Shown in pieces: positions 1 to 10,297 of a stretch of DNA of 64,000 nucleotides. The notes under the pieces were generated by a model. The model searched no databases and was not told the DNA's origin. It saw only the letters and a list, made by a program, of their open reading frames with translations. The stretch is from Minisyncoccota bacterium. Its GTDB lineage: Bacteria > Patescibacteriota > Microgenomatia > UBA1400 > PJMF01. The stretch lies in NCBI GenBank assembly GCA_003173865.1, contig PJMF01000012.1:8908-72907 (forward strand), read 5' to 3'. The position numbers were made by a program, and so were the translations under genes. Each line of letters starts with the position of its first letter. Positions within the stretch are counted from its first letter, which is position 1.

Positions 1-373
1 CGCAGTTCTCGGTCTTTCTTTCAAGCCACAAACAGACGATATGCGAGAAGCTCCGAGTGTCAAAGTCATTCCTTACTTAACATCACACGGCTCAACTGTG
101 ATGGGCTATGACCCAAAAGCGCTTCCAGTTGTTTCTTCCTTCATTCCTGAGCACCCACAAGCGAGTTACACCGACTCGATTCATCAGGCAGTAAAAAACG
201 CCGACGTAGTTATTGCCCTCATTGAGTGGCCAGAAATTATTGGTTTTGATTTTGCTCCTTTTGGCAACAGCAGTAACTCAACTTCAAAATGGTTTATTGA
301 TGCGCGCAATCAATTTGATAAACAAAAAGTACTGAGTTGGGGATATCAATATCTAGGAGTTGGCCGTTCATGA
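1..373 (+). CDS. UDP-glucose/GDP-mannose dehydrogenase family protein, C-terminal part (5' end lies outside the window)
   Basis: ORF running in from the window edge. C-terminal region resembles the UDP-glucose 6-dehydrogenase C-terminal domain. Stop TGA 371-373 overlaps the next start (ATGA). Confidence 0.55.
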   Translation, partial: AVLGLSFKPQTDDMREAPSVKVIPYLTSHGSTVMGYDPKALPVVSSFIPEHPQASYTDSIHQAVKNADVVIALIEWPEIIGFDFAPFGNSSNSTSKWFIDARNQFDKQKVLSWGYQYLGVGRS

Positions 374-1323
374 ATCTAGAAGCACCTATCTTGATTACAG
401 GCGGCACTGGTTTCGTTGGGTCTCACCTCCTAGAAAAATTAATTTCTTTGGGATACCACAACATTCATGTGACATCTTTTAACGGTGTCCCGCCTGAAAT
501 AGCAGCAATTATTCCCGCTAATCACGTTCATATGATTGATTTGAAGAATCACGAGCAGGTTAATCTGCTTATAAAAGAACTTAAACCTGAACACATTTAT
601 CATCTGGCTGCGTTTGCAGCAGTTGGCTCGAGTTTTGATCAATGCAAGATGGTTTTGGAAAATAACTCGGAAATTCAGTTGGCACTCCTTGAGGCAGTTC
701 GTGATCATGCGCACGAAGCCCGTATATTGGTGATCGGCAGTGCGATGGAGTATGACTTAATTGGGAATACACAACGAGTAATCAGCGAAACTCATCCGCT
801 TGGTCCCGTGAGTCCTTACGCCGTTTCCAAAGTGATTCAGGACCTGCTCGCATTGTCGTTCTTTTATTCCTATCGATTACAAATTGTGCGGGCTCGCCCG
901 TTTAATCATATTGGCGAACGCCAAACTACTGACTTTGCAATTCCCCATTTTGCACAACAAATTGTAGCCATTGAACGCGGTCAACAAACCGAAATTCATG
1001 TAGGAAATCTTGATGCGGTACGTGACTTCACTGACGTGAAGGATGTTGTGGAAGCGTATGTATTACTGATGGAAAAAGGAACTACGGGAGATGTCTACAA
1101 TATTGGCAGTGGCCGCGGATACACCATGCAACAAATGCTCGATACCATGTGTCATTTAGCCAAGACGCCCGTGAAAGTGATTACTGATCCAAATAAGGTT
1201 CGTCCTCTTGACGTCCCTGCAATTATTGCCGATAGTAGTAAGATCAGAAAGCTTGGCTGGCAACCCAAAATCTCGATTGAAGAAACAGTACAAAGAATTT
1301 TAAATGAGTGGCGTGCAAAATAG
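370..1323 (+). CDS. NAD-dependent epimerase/dehydratase (SDR family); likely GDP-4-keto-6-deoxy-D-mannose reductase (Rmd-like) or GDP-fucose synthase
   Basis: N-terminal Rossmann motif [12 protein letters not shown]. Sits directly upstream of gmd. ATG at 370 overlaps the preceding stop; the 337 start in the ORF track is a TTG. Confidence 0.7.
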   Translation: MNLEAPILITGGTGFVGSHLLEKLISLGYHNIHVTSFNGVPPEIAAIIPANHVHMIDLKNHEQVNLLIKELKPEHIYHLAAFAAVGSSFDQCKMVLENNSEIQLALLEAVRDHAHEARILVIGSAMEYDLIGNTQRVISETHPLGPVSPYAVSKVIQDLLALSFFYSYRLQIVRARPFNHIGERQTTDFAIPHFAQQIVAIERGQQTEIHVGNLDAVRDFTDVKDVVEAYVLLMEKGTTGDVYNIGSGRGYTMQQMLDTMCHLAKTPVKVITDPNKVRPLDVPAIIADSSKIRKLGWQPKISIEETVQRILNEWRAK

Positions 1324-1333
1324 AAAGGCTCCT

Positions 1334-2311
1334 ATGAAGAAAGCATTTATTACCGGTATTACAGGTCAAGACGGTTCGTACTTGGCTGAGTCTCTCTTAA
1401 GTAAAGGCTACAAAGTGTATGGTCTGACACGACGCACCAGTACGCAAAATTTCCAACGTATTGAACATATTATTCACCATGAAAATTTAGAACTTGTTTC
1501 TGGTGATTTACTTGACCAGCACTCCATTACCGTTGCTCTCAAGGAAATTCAACCTGACGAAGTGTATAACTTAGCCGCTCAATCATTTGTGAAAACAAGT
1601 TGGGATCAACCGGTTTTAACTGGTGAGTTTACGGCAATTGGTGTTACACGGATGTTAGAAGCAGTTCGTTTTGCTTGTCCAGAGGCGCGATTTTATCAAG
1701 CGAGTTCTTCGGAAATGTTTGGCAAAGTACAAGAAGTACCTCAAACAGAAAACACACCATTTTATCCTCGTTCCCCGTATGGCGTCGCGAAAGTGTATGG
1801 GCACTGGATCACAATCAATTATCGTGAATCTTTTAATATGTTTGCTGTATCAGGTATTTTATTTAATCATGAATCTCCCCGACGCGGACTTGAGTTTGTC
1901 ACTCGCAAAATTGCGAACGCAGTCGCTCGGATTAAACTTGGTAAACAACAATTTGTTGAGCTTGGCAATTTAGAAGCGAAACGCGACTGGGGCTTTGCCA
2001 AAGATTATGTCGAAGCAATGTGGTTAATGTTACAACAAGACCACGCAGACGACTTTGTCATTGCAACTGGCGAAACACACTCTGTGGGTGAGTTTTTGGA
2101 ATTAAGTTGTCAAGTTGCAGGAATTTCAGATTGGAGAAGTGTTTACCGACATAATCCAAAGTACGATCGCCCGGCTGAAGTCGATTTGCTTATTGGTGAT
2201 CCAAGTAAAGCAAAACAAAAATTAGGCTGGGAACCTTCTGTCACATTTGCAGAGCTAGTAAAAATCATGACTGAAGCAGAGCTCATTGAGGAAGCAAAAG
2301 ATCGAGATTAA
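1334..2311 (+). CDS. gmd: GDP-mannose 4,6-dehydratase
   Basis: [21 protein letters not shown]-terminus and overall Gmd-like sequence. ATG at 1334 has a GAAAGG Shine-Dalgarno and follows the upstream TAG stop. Confidence 0.9.
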   Translation: MKKAFITGITGQDGSYLAESLLSKGYKVYGLTRRTSTQNFQRIEHIIHHENLELVSGDLLDQHSITVALKEIQPDEVYNLAAQSFVKTSWDQPVLTGEFTAIGVTRMLEAVRFACPEARFYQASSSEMFGKVQEVPQTENTPFYPRSPYGVAKVYGHWITINYRESFNMFAVSGILFNHESPRRGLEFVTRKIANAVARIKLGKQQFVELGNLEAKRDWGFAKDYVEAMWLMLQQDHADDFVIATGETHSVGEFLELSCQVAGISDWRSVYRHNPKYDRPAEVDLLIGDPSKAKQKLGWEPSVTFAELVKIMTEAELIEEAKDRD

Positions 2312-2314
2312 TTC

Positions 2315-3451
2315 ATGAAGAAAGCAATTGTTATCATTCCGACATATAACGAGCGTGAAAACATCCAAAACGTGGTGCCGATTTTGTCTGATGTCTTTAA
2401 AAAAATTCCCCACTGGGAAATGGGCATCTTAGTCGTTGATGACAGCTCACCAGATGGCACAGCTGATGTTGTTCGTGAACTTCAACACAAATACAAAGAA
2501 CTTTTCTTGTTAGTTAATCCCAATAAAAGCGGACTAGGAGGAGCCTATTTGAAAGGAATGGCCGAAGCGTTCGGACCGCTCGGCGCTGAAGTTGTCTTTG
2601 AGTTTGATGCTGATCTCTCTCACGATCCCACGAAGATTCCGGCTTTTCTCGAAAAAATTGACGCTGGTTACGACATGGTGATTGGTTCGCGCTACATGAA
2701 AGGTGGCGGTATTCCGGATAACTGGGGACTCCATCGGAAGTTTTTGAGTGTGTTAGGAAATAATATTATCCGTTGTGTCTGGACAAACTTTAGTATTCAC
2801 GACTGGACAGGTGGCTATCGCGCATTTTCAAAAAAAGTATACGAGGCAATTTTGCCAGAAATGCAGAGAGAGATCTTTACTGGATATACATTTCAAATTG
2901 GTTTTTTACATAAAGCTGTACAGAAAAAATTTAAAATCGCAGAAGTTCCTTTTAAGTTTGTCGATCGAACAATTGGTCAATCCAAGCTGGGAGCTGATTA
3001 TATTAAAAATGCGCTGTTGTTTGTTTTTCATGCTCGATATAAAGAAATCGTTGATCATCAGATCTTTAAGTTTGCTGTAGTGGGTGGTATTGGCTTTATG
3101 GTCAACTTAATTTTTCTCGAGATTTTTCATCGCTTTTTTCACATTGAAGCTGGAAATGCCGCAGCGCTCGGAGCCGAAGTTGCCATCATCAGTAACTTTA
3201 TCATTAATAATTACTGGACTTTTGCCGCACACAAAGTCACCAGAGCAACGCAAATGATCTCAAAATTTGTGCAGTTTAATGTGGGTTCCCTGGGTGCCGT
3301 CATTATTCAAAAAATCGTCGTTGGATTAGGAACAAAGTATACTTCTGACGCACTTCGTCTCGAGTGGTTTGTGCTTGCTGTTTTGATCGGCATGGTCGTG
3401 AACTACTTCGTTTACTCACGTTTAATCTGGAAAACGACAACAAAAAAATGA
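2315..3451 (+). CDS. GT2 polyprenol-phosphate glycosyltransferase (Dpm1/Ppm1-like) with C-terminal GtrA-like membrane domain
   Basis: IIPTYNEREN and VVDDSSPDGT motifs typical of dolichol-phosphate mannose synthase-like GT2 enzymes. Hydrophobic C-terminal third resembles the GtrA family. Confidence 0.8.
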   Translation: MKKAIVIIPTYNERENIQNVVPILSDVFKKIPHWEMGILVVDDSSPDGTADVVRELQHKYKELFLLVNPNKSGLGGAYLKGMAEAFGPLGAEVVFEFDADLSHDPTKIPAFLEKIDAGYDMVIGSRYMKGGGIPDNWGLHRKFLSVLGNNIIRCVWTNFSIHDWTGGYRAFSKKVYEAILPEMQREIFTGYTFQIGFLHKAVQKKFKIAEVPFKFVDRTIGQSKLGADYIKNALLFVFHARYKEIVDHQIFKFAVVGGIGFMVNLIFLEIFHRFFHIEAGNAAALGAEVAIISNFIINNYWTFAAHKVTRATQMISKFVQFNVGSLGAVIIQKIVVGLGTKYTSDALRLEWFVLAVLIGMVVNYFVYSRLIWKTTTKK

Positions 3452-4944
3452 AACGATTTTCGCTCACTCAATGGATTGTGCTTGCCGCAATAATTGTTGG
3501 GAGTTTTTTTCGTTTATGGAACTTCCCTAATACACTGCAATTTCTCGGGGATCAAGGACGAGATGCTTTAGTTGCTTTACATATCTTTAAAGATCATCAC
3601 TTTGTGTTGATTGGTCCCGTAACGAGTACCGGCAATATGTACCTTGGTCCGTTGTACTATTACTTCATGGTTCCCTTTTTGTACTTGAGTTATCCCAGTC
3701 CTTTAGGTCCGGCCTATGCAATTGCGGCACTTTCAATCGCTACAATTGTGCTTATTTACTACTTAGGCAAAGAATTGATCGGTGAACGTTCAGCGGTGAT
3801 TGCGAGCGTGGCGTTTGCATGTTCAGCAGCTGCCGTGACGTATGCACGCTTTAGTTGGAATCCCAATCCGGCTCCATTTGTTTCTATAATCTTGATCTGG
3901 GCTTCTTATCGCGCGCTTGTTAAAAATCCCTGGTACTTCGTTCTCGTTTCTGTCTGCATCTCGATCTTAATTCAGTTGCACTATGTCACTTTACTTACTA
4001 TTCCAGCTGCAGGAATTATTTGGTTGATGACTCTTTGGAACATTGCGCATACTCCACAAAAAAAATGGAAAGTCTTTTTTTTCAGTACGATTATTTCGGT
4101 GCTTTTATTTTTGAGTTCATTGACACCGCTAGTACTCTTTGACTTGAGACATCAATTTTTAAATCTGCACGCATTGCAGTCATTTCTGTCCCAGAATCAA
4201 GGCAACTTAACACACACTACGAACTCACTGAAAATCATTCAGGTCGCAAAAGAAACCGATGGACGCAGTCGACAAGTTTTATTTGAGCCGTTTATTGGGA
4301 AACATTTTCACTTAAATCAAGTGCTTTTGGCGATTTTTTTGTTGAGTTTTATTATTTTGGCACTGCCGAACAAGCAGAAAACAAATACAGGGATTCAAGT
4401 TATCGCAGTTTATTTTTTTGTCAGCATTGCGGGATTGGCATTTTATGAAAGTACGATTTTTGATCACTATATCGCGTACTTATTTCCCATCACCATGATG
4501 GTGTACGGCATACTCATGGACCGTCTTCTGCAGCACAAATTTGGCGTTGGAGTGGCTGCCTGTATCAGTCTTGGCTACTTGGGGTGGAACATCACTCATA
4601 TGCCACTGCAAACAATTGGCTGGAGTATTTTTGACATGAAGCGCACGGCACAAACATTAATTGATCGTGTGAAACCGGGCGATAAATATAACCTCGTGTT
4701 ATTGACGAGTACGGGCGATATTGAAGGCCAGAACTATCGTTACTTTTTAGAAACAAGTGGAAAACCGCCGCTCCCAAAAGAACGTTGGGGCGAAACAGAA
4801 ACACTTTTTATTATTAACGAAGACGGTAAATTGAAAAAAGTCACTGATTCGCCAATTTATGAGATTGTGGTTTTTCCCAACAAAACGCCAGCTGAAGTGT
4901 ATACTATTTCTCACGGTCCTCAGGTAACTGTCTTAAAAAAGTAG
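3448..4944 (+). CDS. Polytopic membrane glycosyltransferase, GT-C fold (PMT/ArnT-like, GT39/GT83)
   Basis: About 11 predicted TM helices. ATG 3448 (MKRFSL) overlaps the preceding stop; the 3364 start in the ORF track lies inside the previous gene. Confidence 0.55.
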   Translation: MKRFSLTQWIVLAAIIVGSFFRLWNFPNTLQFLGDQGRDALVALHIFKDHHFVLIGPVTSTGNMYLGPLYYYFMVPFLYLSYPSPLGPAYAIAALSIATIVLIYYLGKELIGERSAVIASVAFACSAAAVTYARFSWNPNPAPFVSIILIWASYRALVKNPWYFVLVSVCISILIQLHYVTLLTIPAAGIIWLMTLWNIAHTPQKKWKVFFFSTIISVLLFLSSLTPLVLFDLRHQFLNLHALQSFLSQNQGNLTHTTNSLKIIQVAKETDGRSRQVLFEPFIGKHFHLNQVLLAIFLLSFIILALPNKQKTNTGIQVIAVYFFVSIAGLAFYESTIFDHYIAYLFPITMMVYGILMDRLLQHKFGVGVAACISLGYLGWNITHMPLQTIGWSIFDMKRTAQTLIDRVKPGDKYNLVLLTSTGDIEGQNYRYFLETSGKPPLPKERWGETETLFIINEDGKLKKVTDSPIYEIVVFPNKTPAEVYTISHGPQVTVLKK

Positions 4945-4956
4945 TTTTTAACTTTT

Positions 4957-5730
4957 ATGAATAAAATGCCTTTGACATCAGCACCATTTCTCTCCGTGGT
5001 CGTGCCGTCGTATAACGAGATGCATAACATCTCCCGTGGTGTGCTCGATCAAATGTTAGAGTATTTAAAAAAACAAAGTTTTGATTGGGAACTGATTTTG
5101 AGTGATGATGGATCGAGCGATGGGACCTTTGAAGTGCTCGAGGATTTTGCCAAAAAATCGAAACACATCGTGCTCCTCAAAAATATTCATGCGGGAAAAG
5201 GACCGACCGTTCAAGCTGGAATGTTAAAAGCAAAAGGCCAGTGGCGTCTCTTTACTGACTTTGATCAATCTACACCACTCAAAGAAGTTGAGTTATTACT
5301 TCCGTTCACTGACCAGTATGAAATCGTGATTGGTTCGCGCGAAATCTCAGGCGCACGCCGCCGCCGTGAACCGTTGCATCGTCATGTGATGGGCAAGGCG
5401 TTTAACATTTTAGTACAGTGTCTAGCTATTCCCGGAATCCAAGATACTCAATGTGGATTTAAACTTTTTTCAGGTAAAGCTACTGAAAAAGTTTTTCCAA
5501 AACTGTTTGTGTATGGGCGTCAACCCGAGCGCCAAGATGCGTTTACCGGTGCATTTGATGTTGAGGCGCTGTATATTGCCCGTAAATTTGGCTTTCACAT
5601 CAAAGAAGTTCCTATTTTTTGGCAACATAACGAAACCGATCGTGTAAGTCCAATTAAAGATTCTTTGCGGATGCTCAGAGATATCGTCAGAGTCAGATTA
5701 GTTGATTTGAGCGGAAAGTATAAGAGTTGA
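4957..5730 (+). CDS. GT2 glycosyltransferase (polyprenol-phosphate sugar synthase-like)
   Basis: VVVPSYNEMHNI and LSDDGSSDGT motifs. Soluble GT-A fold protein of about 257 aa. Confidence 0.8.
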   Translation: MNKMPLTSAPFLSVVVPSYNEMHNISRGVLDQMLEYLKKQSFDWELILSDDGSSDGTFEVLEDFAKKSKHIVLLKNIHAGKGPTVQAGMLKAKGQWRLFTDFDQSTPLKEVELLLPFTDQYEIVIGSREISGARRRREPLHRHVMGKAFNILVQCLAIPGIQDTQCGFKLFSGKATEKVFPKLFVYGRQPERQDAFTGAFDVEALYIARKFGFHIKEVPIFWQHNETDRVSPIKDSLRMLRDIVRVRLVDLSGKYKS

Positions 5731-6899
5731 TGAAAATCAATCAATTGAAGTTTGCTTTTCTTTGCTATTTTGTGGTTTTGATTTTTTACACCGTTTTTTC
5801 ATTTTCATTAACTGATCCAAATCTCGTTTTGCTTTCATGGGGACCATACTGGAACTTTCAACAGTTCATGTGGCATACTTTTTTTGAGAATCACGTGTTA
5901 TTAAGCTGGACATATGCAGCTCTTATCACAGCACTGTTCGGGGCGTATGCGTGGATCATCAAAGCGTCTTCAAACAGTACATTGTTGATGAACTGGAAGC
6001 TTGCGGGATGTTATTTTTTGCTTCTTCTCCCCCTCTTTTTTTCATACAATGCGCTTTCTTATGATGTGTTTAATTATATTTTTAATGCCAAAATGGTCTT
6101 GATTTATCATGCTAATCCTTATGTTCAAGTTGCTTTAGATTTTGCTCAAGATCCATGGGTACGCTTCATGCATAACACGCACACGACTGCTCCTTATGGA
6201 TATGGCTGGACTCTCTTTTCGCTGCTCCCGTTTGAACTAGGGTTTGGAAAGTTTGTGCCAACTTGGCTGATGTTTCGTTTCTTTAGTGTACTCAGTATTT
6301 TTTTACTGTATGTATGTATTAGCTTTGCAAAGAAAAAAGAATTTTTGGTTCGAGAGTTTGTCATTTTGTTCCTCAATCCGTTGTTTGTTCTCGAAGTGGT
6401 CAGCAATGCACATAACGATTTGTGGATGATGGTGCCTGCGCTCTATGCGGTTGCAATGGTATTTGACCACAAAAAAGGATCTCTAAAAAAATGTCTCATC
6501 GCAACTGCGTTAATGATTTTTTCGATCTCAATGAAGTTTGCATCTTTGCTTTTACTGCCTTTAATCGGAGCGAGTTTTCATCACAAAGTGAAACAATACT
6601 GGCCAGAAATTGCTGCCCTTCTCATGTTTGTTCTTCTGCTCACCAACCGCTCACAACAATTTCATCCTTGGTATTTGACGTGGGTACTTGTGTGGTTTCC
6701 ATTTATAAAAAACAAATTACTTAAACAAAGTATTTTAGTGCTTTCCGTGAGTTCGCTCTTTCGTTACGTACCATGGATGTGGAATGGTTACTTTTCTGAC
6801 CAAATTATTTTGCAACAAAAAATGATTACGTGGATTCCCCTTGTTCTCTTTTTGATAGTAATGAGTGTAAATAGCTTATGGAAAAAATTATTGAAATGA
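5730..6899 (+). CDS. Polytopic membrane protein, possible GT-C glycosyltransferase
   Basis: Ten or more hydrophobic helices. ATG 5730 overlaps stop TGA 5728-5730. No motif confidently assigned. Confidence 0.4.
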   Translation: MKINQLKFAFLCYFVVLIFYTVFSFSLTDPNLVLLSWGPYWNFQQFMWHTFFENHVLLSWTYAALITALFGAYAWIIKASSNSTLLMNWKLAGCYFLLLLPLFFSYNALSYDVFNYIFNAKMVLIYHANPYVQVALDFAQDPWVRFMHNTHTTAPYGYGWTLFSLLPFELGFGKFVPTWLMFRFFSVLSIFLLYVCISFAKKKEFLVREFVILFLNPLFVLEVVSNAHNDLWMMVPALYAVAMVFDHKKGSLKKCLIATALMIFSISMKFASLLLLPLIGASFHHKVKQYWPEIAALLMFVLLLTNRSQQFHPWYLTWVLVWFPFIKNKLLKQSILVLSVSSLFRYVPWMWNGYFSDQIILQQKMITWIPLVLFLIVMSVNSLWKKLLK

Positions 6900-8440
6900 A
6901 AAAAAGAAATTTTTTACTTCCAGCAACACTTGCTCTTTTTTACCTAGCAACTCATTTGTTAGGCTTGTTGAAGCTACCTGTTTTTGCAGATGAGTCAATT
7001 TATATTCGTTGGGCTCAATTAATTACAGATGACTGGAAACAGTATCTTTTTTTTCCTTTAAATGACGGCAAGACGCCCTTATTTATTTGGACATTGGTCC
7101 CTTTTCAACAGTTTTTTGCGTATCCATTACTCACCGCACGCTTGGTTTCAGTGGTGGTTGGTTTAGTGCAAGTATTTGTCATTGGTCTCATTATCAAAAA
7201 CTTGGGCGGTCGTTCAAAAACCCAGTGGCTAGGCATGCTCTGGACGACGATTTTACCTTTTTGGTACTTCGCCCATCGTATCGCACTCATGGATGGCATG
7301 TTGACACTGTGGATTTCACTTTTTGTTCTTGGTGTCATTAAAATCACACAACAAAGAAAAATCACATTGAATTGGATTTTTTTTAGCGGAGTTTTCTTAG
7401 GACTTGGACTGTGGACAAAACTGCCCACTTTATTTGCGGTGCCGATCGTCTTTGTCTGGCCATTGAGACAAAAAGAAGTTCGTTTAAAGTTTTACTTCCA
7501 TGCAGTTATTCCCCAAATTATTGCAATTTGTATTGGAATGTTTTTGTTTGCGACGCTACGAATAACTCCATCTTTTGGTCAGTTATTTCATCGTGGAAAT
7601 GATTTTACGTATCCCATCGCAGATGTTTTACTTCATGGCAAATGGATGACCACACTGGGAAATATTCCTACATATTTAACTTTTTTTGTAGCCTACTTGA
7701 CACCAGCCATTTTAATCTTAAGTTTTGCGGGTCTTTTTTCTCGACAATTTCGACGTACTACTGTCTGTTTGTTACTCTCTGCGGCTCTTTTTTGTTTCCC
7801 AATCGTGTTGTTTGGGAAGGTCGTTTATCCTCGCTACTTATTTCCGGCGTCGATATTTTTCACTTCAGCGGCAGCCTTGGCTTTTCAGGGGTGGTATGAC
7901 CGATACTTTAGTGCTCGTACCAATCAAAATATTCAGTCCAAGTTCATCGTTGGCTTAATTTTAGCGTTACTGCTCGCACAAACGGTAGTTTCGTCACTCC
8001 AATTTATGACATTCGCGGCCACAGATCCAAATTCTTTACCCCTAGTAGCTGCCGACCGAGAGCAGTACCTCGAAGAGTGGTCGTCAGGTCATGGCATCCT
8101 TGAAACTGTCGCCTTCATTCAGCAACAAGCACAAAACCACAGCATTGCCGTCGCTACAGAAGGTCGGTTTGGCACGTTGCCCGACGGTTTACTTCTCTAT
8201 TTTCATCACCAAGACGTTCATAACATTTATATCGAAGGAACTGGCGAGTATGCCCCAGTCAAAGATATTCCCGATTTTTTTACTCAGCGAGCCAAAAGCT
8301 TTCAGCAAAGCATTTTAGTTGTGAACTCACATCGCATGGGTATTACTTTGCCGAAGCAAAATCTTCTTGCAGAGTACTGCCGTCCTGATCACGCTCCTTG
8401 CTTGCAAATTTGGGACATTACTTCACTCGTCAAAAAATAA
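6878..8440 (+). CDS. GT-C membrane glycosyltransferase (ArnT/PMT-like)
   Basis: N-terminal polytopic membrane domain followed by a soluble C-terminal domain, the usual PMT/ArnT architecture. Alternative ATG at 6896 gives an ATGA overlap with the previous stop. Confidence 0.55.
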   Translation: MEKIIEMKKRNFLLPATLALFYLATHLLGLLKLPVFADESIYIRWAQLITDDWKQYLFFPLNDGKTPLFIWTLVPFQQFFAYPLLTARLVSVVVGLVQVFVIGLIIKNLGGRSKTQWLGMLWTTILPFWYFAHRIALMDGMLTLWISLFVLGVIKITQQRKITLNWIFFSGVFLGLGLWTKLPTLFAVPIVFVWPLRQKEVRLKFYFHAVIPQIIAICIGMFLFATLRITPSFGQLFHRGNDFTYPIADVLLHGKWMTTLGNIPTYLTFFVAYLTPAILILSFAGLFSRQFRRTTVCLLLSAALFCFPIVLFGKVVYPRYLFPASIFFTSAAALAFQGWYDRYFSARTNQNIQSKFIVGLILALLLAQTVVSSLQFMTFAATDPNSLPLVAADREQYLEEWSSGHGILETVAFIQQQAQNHSIAVATEGRFGTLPDGLLLYFHHQDVHNIYIEGTGEYAPVKDIPDFFTQRAKSFQQSILVVNSHRMGITLPKQNLLAEYCRPDHAPCLQIWDITSLVKK

Positions 8441-8441
8441 A

Positions 8442-9107
8442 CTAGCCTCGCATGACATAGCCGTATCCCCTCACTGTCTGCAACATTTTTCGTCGTGAAC
8501 CCATGATGATCCGAATTCTTCTAATATAGACATCAACAGTCGAGTACGTAGGAATCTCGCCATCTTCCCAGATGTGATCGATCAACATCTCCCGAGTAAC
8601 AATCATGTTTTTATGCTTAATCAGAAAAACCAAAATTTCGAACTCTCTTTTACGTAAATGCACAACTCGTCTGCCGAACTTACAAATGCCTAAACGGGGA
8701 AAGATCGCAATATCGCCGCAAGGCAATGTATCCACCTGGATATGTTTAACTTTCATCAATAATTTTTCAACTTTTAGCGAAAACTCGTCCATCGAAAATG
8801 GTTTTGGCAGATAATCATCGGCTCCTCTGCGTAATCCTTCGATCCGATCACTTAAAGAAGTCCTTTCACTAATCATTAAAATCGGCATCTGTGATTGATT
8901 GAGCTGCAAGTAACGAATAATTTCTAAACCGTCTCCATCTGGAAGTCCTCGATCTAAAATCAAGAGATCAAATTTTTGTTTTGTTAAATAGATGAAAGCT
9001 TGCGAAAGGGTCGCCGCGCTTTTAGTGCGATATGCTCGGTCAACTAGCGACGAGTGAATCAATCGCGAAAGATCAAAGTTGTCATCAACGATCAATACTT
9101 TTTGCAT
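8442..9107 (-). CDS. OmpR-family response regulator (receiver plus winged-helix DNA-binding domain), orphan
   Basis: MQKVLIVDD receiver N-terminus with an LILDRGLPDGDG phospho-acceptor region and a C-terminal OmpR-type wHTH (TVRGYGY). The first ATG in frame is at 9107 (reverse CAT 9105-9107). Confidence 0.85.
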   Translation of the reverse strand: MQKVLIVDDNFDLSRLIHSSLVDRAYRTKSAATLSQAFIYLTKQKFDLLILDRGLPDGDGLEIIRYLQLNQSQMPILMISERTSLSDRIEGLRRGADDYLPKPFSMDEFSLKVEKLLMKVKHIQVDTLPCGDIAIFPRLGICKFGRRVVHLRKREFEILVFLIKHKNMIVTREMLIDHIWEDGEIPTYSTVDVYIRRIRIIMGSRRKMLQTVRGYGYVMRG

Positions 9108-9226
9108 GACGACAATATAGAGTATATTTCTTAAATCCAGATTAAATAATAAGAGCAAAATATGCCGAAATGACCTCAGTCCCAAATCAAATCACAACTG
9201 GTATAATTCCCCCACGCCATCAACTA

Positions 9227-9297
9227 TGCCGGATCGTCTAGCGGTAGGACAATGGACTCTGACTCCATTAACCTTGGTTCGAATCCAAGTCCGGCAT
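9227..9297 (+). tRNA. tRNA-Gln (anticodon CTG)
   Basis: Cloverleaf folds by eye. Acceptor TGCCGGA pairs with TCCGGCA, giving a U1:A72 pair as in tRNA-Gln. Anticodon stem ATGGA/TCCAT with loop CTCTGAC (U33, anticodon CUG, A37). T-arm CTTGG-TTCGAAT-CCAAG. A TGGTATAAT extended -10 sits about 20 nt upstream. CCA is not encoded. Confidence 0.75.
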
Positions 9298-9382
9298 CGT
9301 AGACATTTTGTATTCAACTTCTTGCCTGGAGAATTTATAAAATTGAGAACGTCGGGTTTTGCTTTTTGATATACTTCATCAT

Positions 9383-10243
9383 ATGGACTCTTCGTCGCTC
9401 AAAAACTTTATTCAAAATATTACTGAAAAAATGCTTGAAGCAGGCGAAATTGCAGAAAAGTTTCAAGGCAAGGTTGCAAATATAAAAAAAGAAGTCGATC
9501 TCGATAATAATGCTCCTCAAAGAATTAAAGATCGAAATCAAGCAAAAACCGAGATTGATGAAAAAGTTCAAGAAATGCTTTTAGAGTGTGTGAAAGACAC
9601 TCTTGGGATCAACAATATTAGAATTGATGCCGAAGAAGATACAGCATTGAAGCAACTTTTTCCAAATGAAGCAGCTCAAGTAACCATCGTGATTGATCCT
9701 ATTGATGGTACCTTAGAGTATCTGAATGGAAGTGATAGGTATTCGATTAACGTTGGGGTCGTTTCTCATGGAGAAATGCTTGCCGCTTTAATTTATTTTC
9801 CGAAACTGAAAAAACTTTATTTCTTGGATAATCAAAAAACTTCCTACGAAGTAGCCTATACTTCTAGTCTAGAAGTTAAAGATAAAAAAGTTCTAAAAGG
9901 AAATGAACAACCGCAAAGAAATAAAGTATATGTAAATAATCGGGTGGCCACAGATTTAGTAGACAACTTAGAAAAAGCAGATTTTTCAGTAATTCAGGAT
10001 GATGGAGAAGTATCTTGGCCAGATGCGCTTTTAAAATGCATTTCTGGTGAATACTTTGCGAGTATTTTTCATAGTCCTCAAACAAGGGATGTTTTACTTG
10101 GAGCCTTAATTGAAAACTTAGAAAATGGATGGAAAGTGGACTGGGAAGGAAATAAAATTACTTGGCCAAATGGAGGGAGAATTCCTAGAGTGATTTTTGG
10201 TACAGGAGCTCTTCCGCGAGAAATTTTTGAGAGTTTAGAGTAA
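9383..10243 (+). CDS. Inositol monophosphatase / CysQ-like phosphatase family protein
   Basis: DPIDGT motif and overall length fit the IMPase family. ATG at 9383; the 9359 start in the ORF track is a TTG. Confidence 0.65.
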   Translation: MDSSSLKNFIQNITEKMLEAGEIAEKFQGKVANIKKEVDLDNNAPQRIKDRNQAKTEIDEKVQEMLLECVKDTLGINNIRIDAEEDTALKQLFPNEAAQVTIVIDPIDGTLEYLNGSDRYSINVGVVSHGEMLAALIYFPKLKKLYFLDNQKTSYEVAYTSSLEVKDKKVLKGNEQPQRNKVYVNNRVATDLVDNLEKADFSVIQDDGEVSWPDALLKCISGEYFASIFHSPQTRDVLLGALIENLENGWKVDWEGNKITWPNGGRIPRVIFGTGALPREIFESLE

Positions 10244-10297
10244 AACAGGTCCTGACATGGTCCACTAGTGCCACAATAGATATTGTATTATTTTCTT

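Noticed and set aside
439-772. Minus-strand ORFs (91 and 63 aa) inside the epimerase gene
   Set aside because: Fully embedded antisense in a well-supported SDR gene. Low-complexity translations and no start or Shine-Dalgarno context. Typical spurious ORFs in AT-rich DNA.
3364-3447. Extended N-terminus for the GT-C gene starting at 3364
   Set aside because: The extension lies inside the preceding GT2 gene and translates to an implausible Cys-rich peptide. The ATG at 3448 overlaps the upstream stop and is followed by a clean TM helix.
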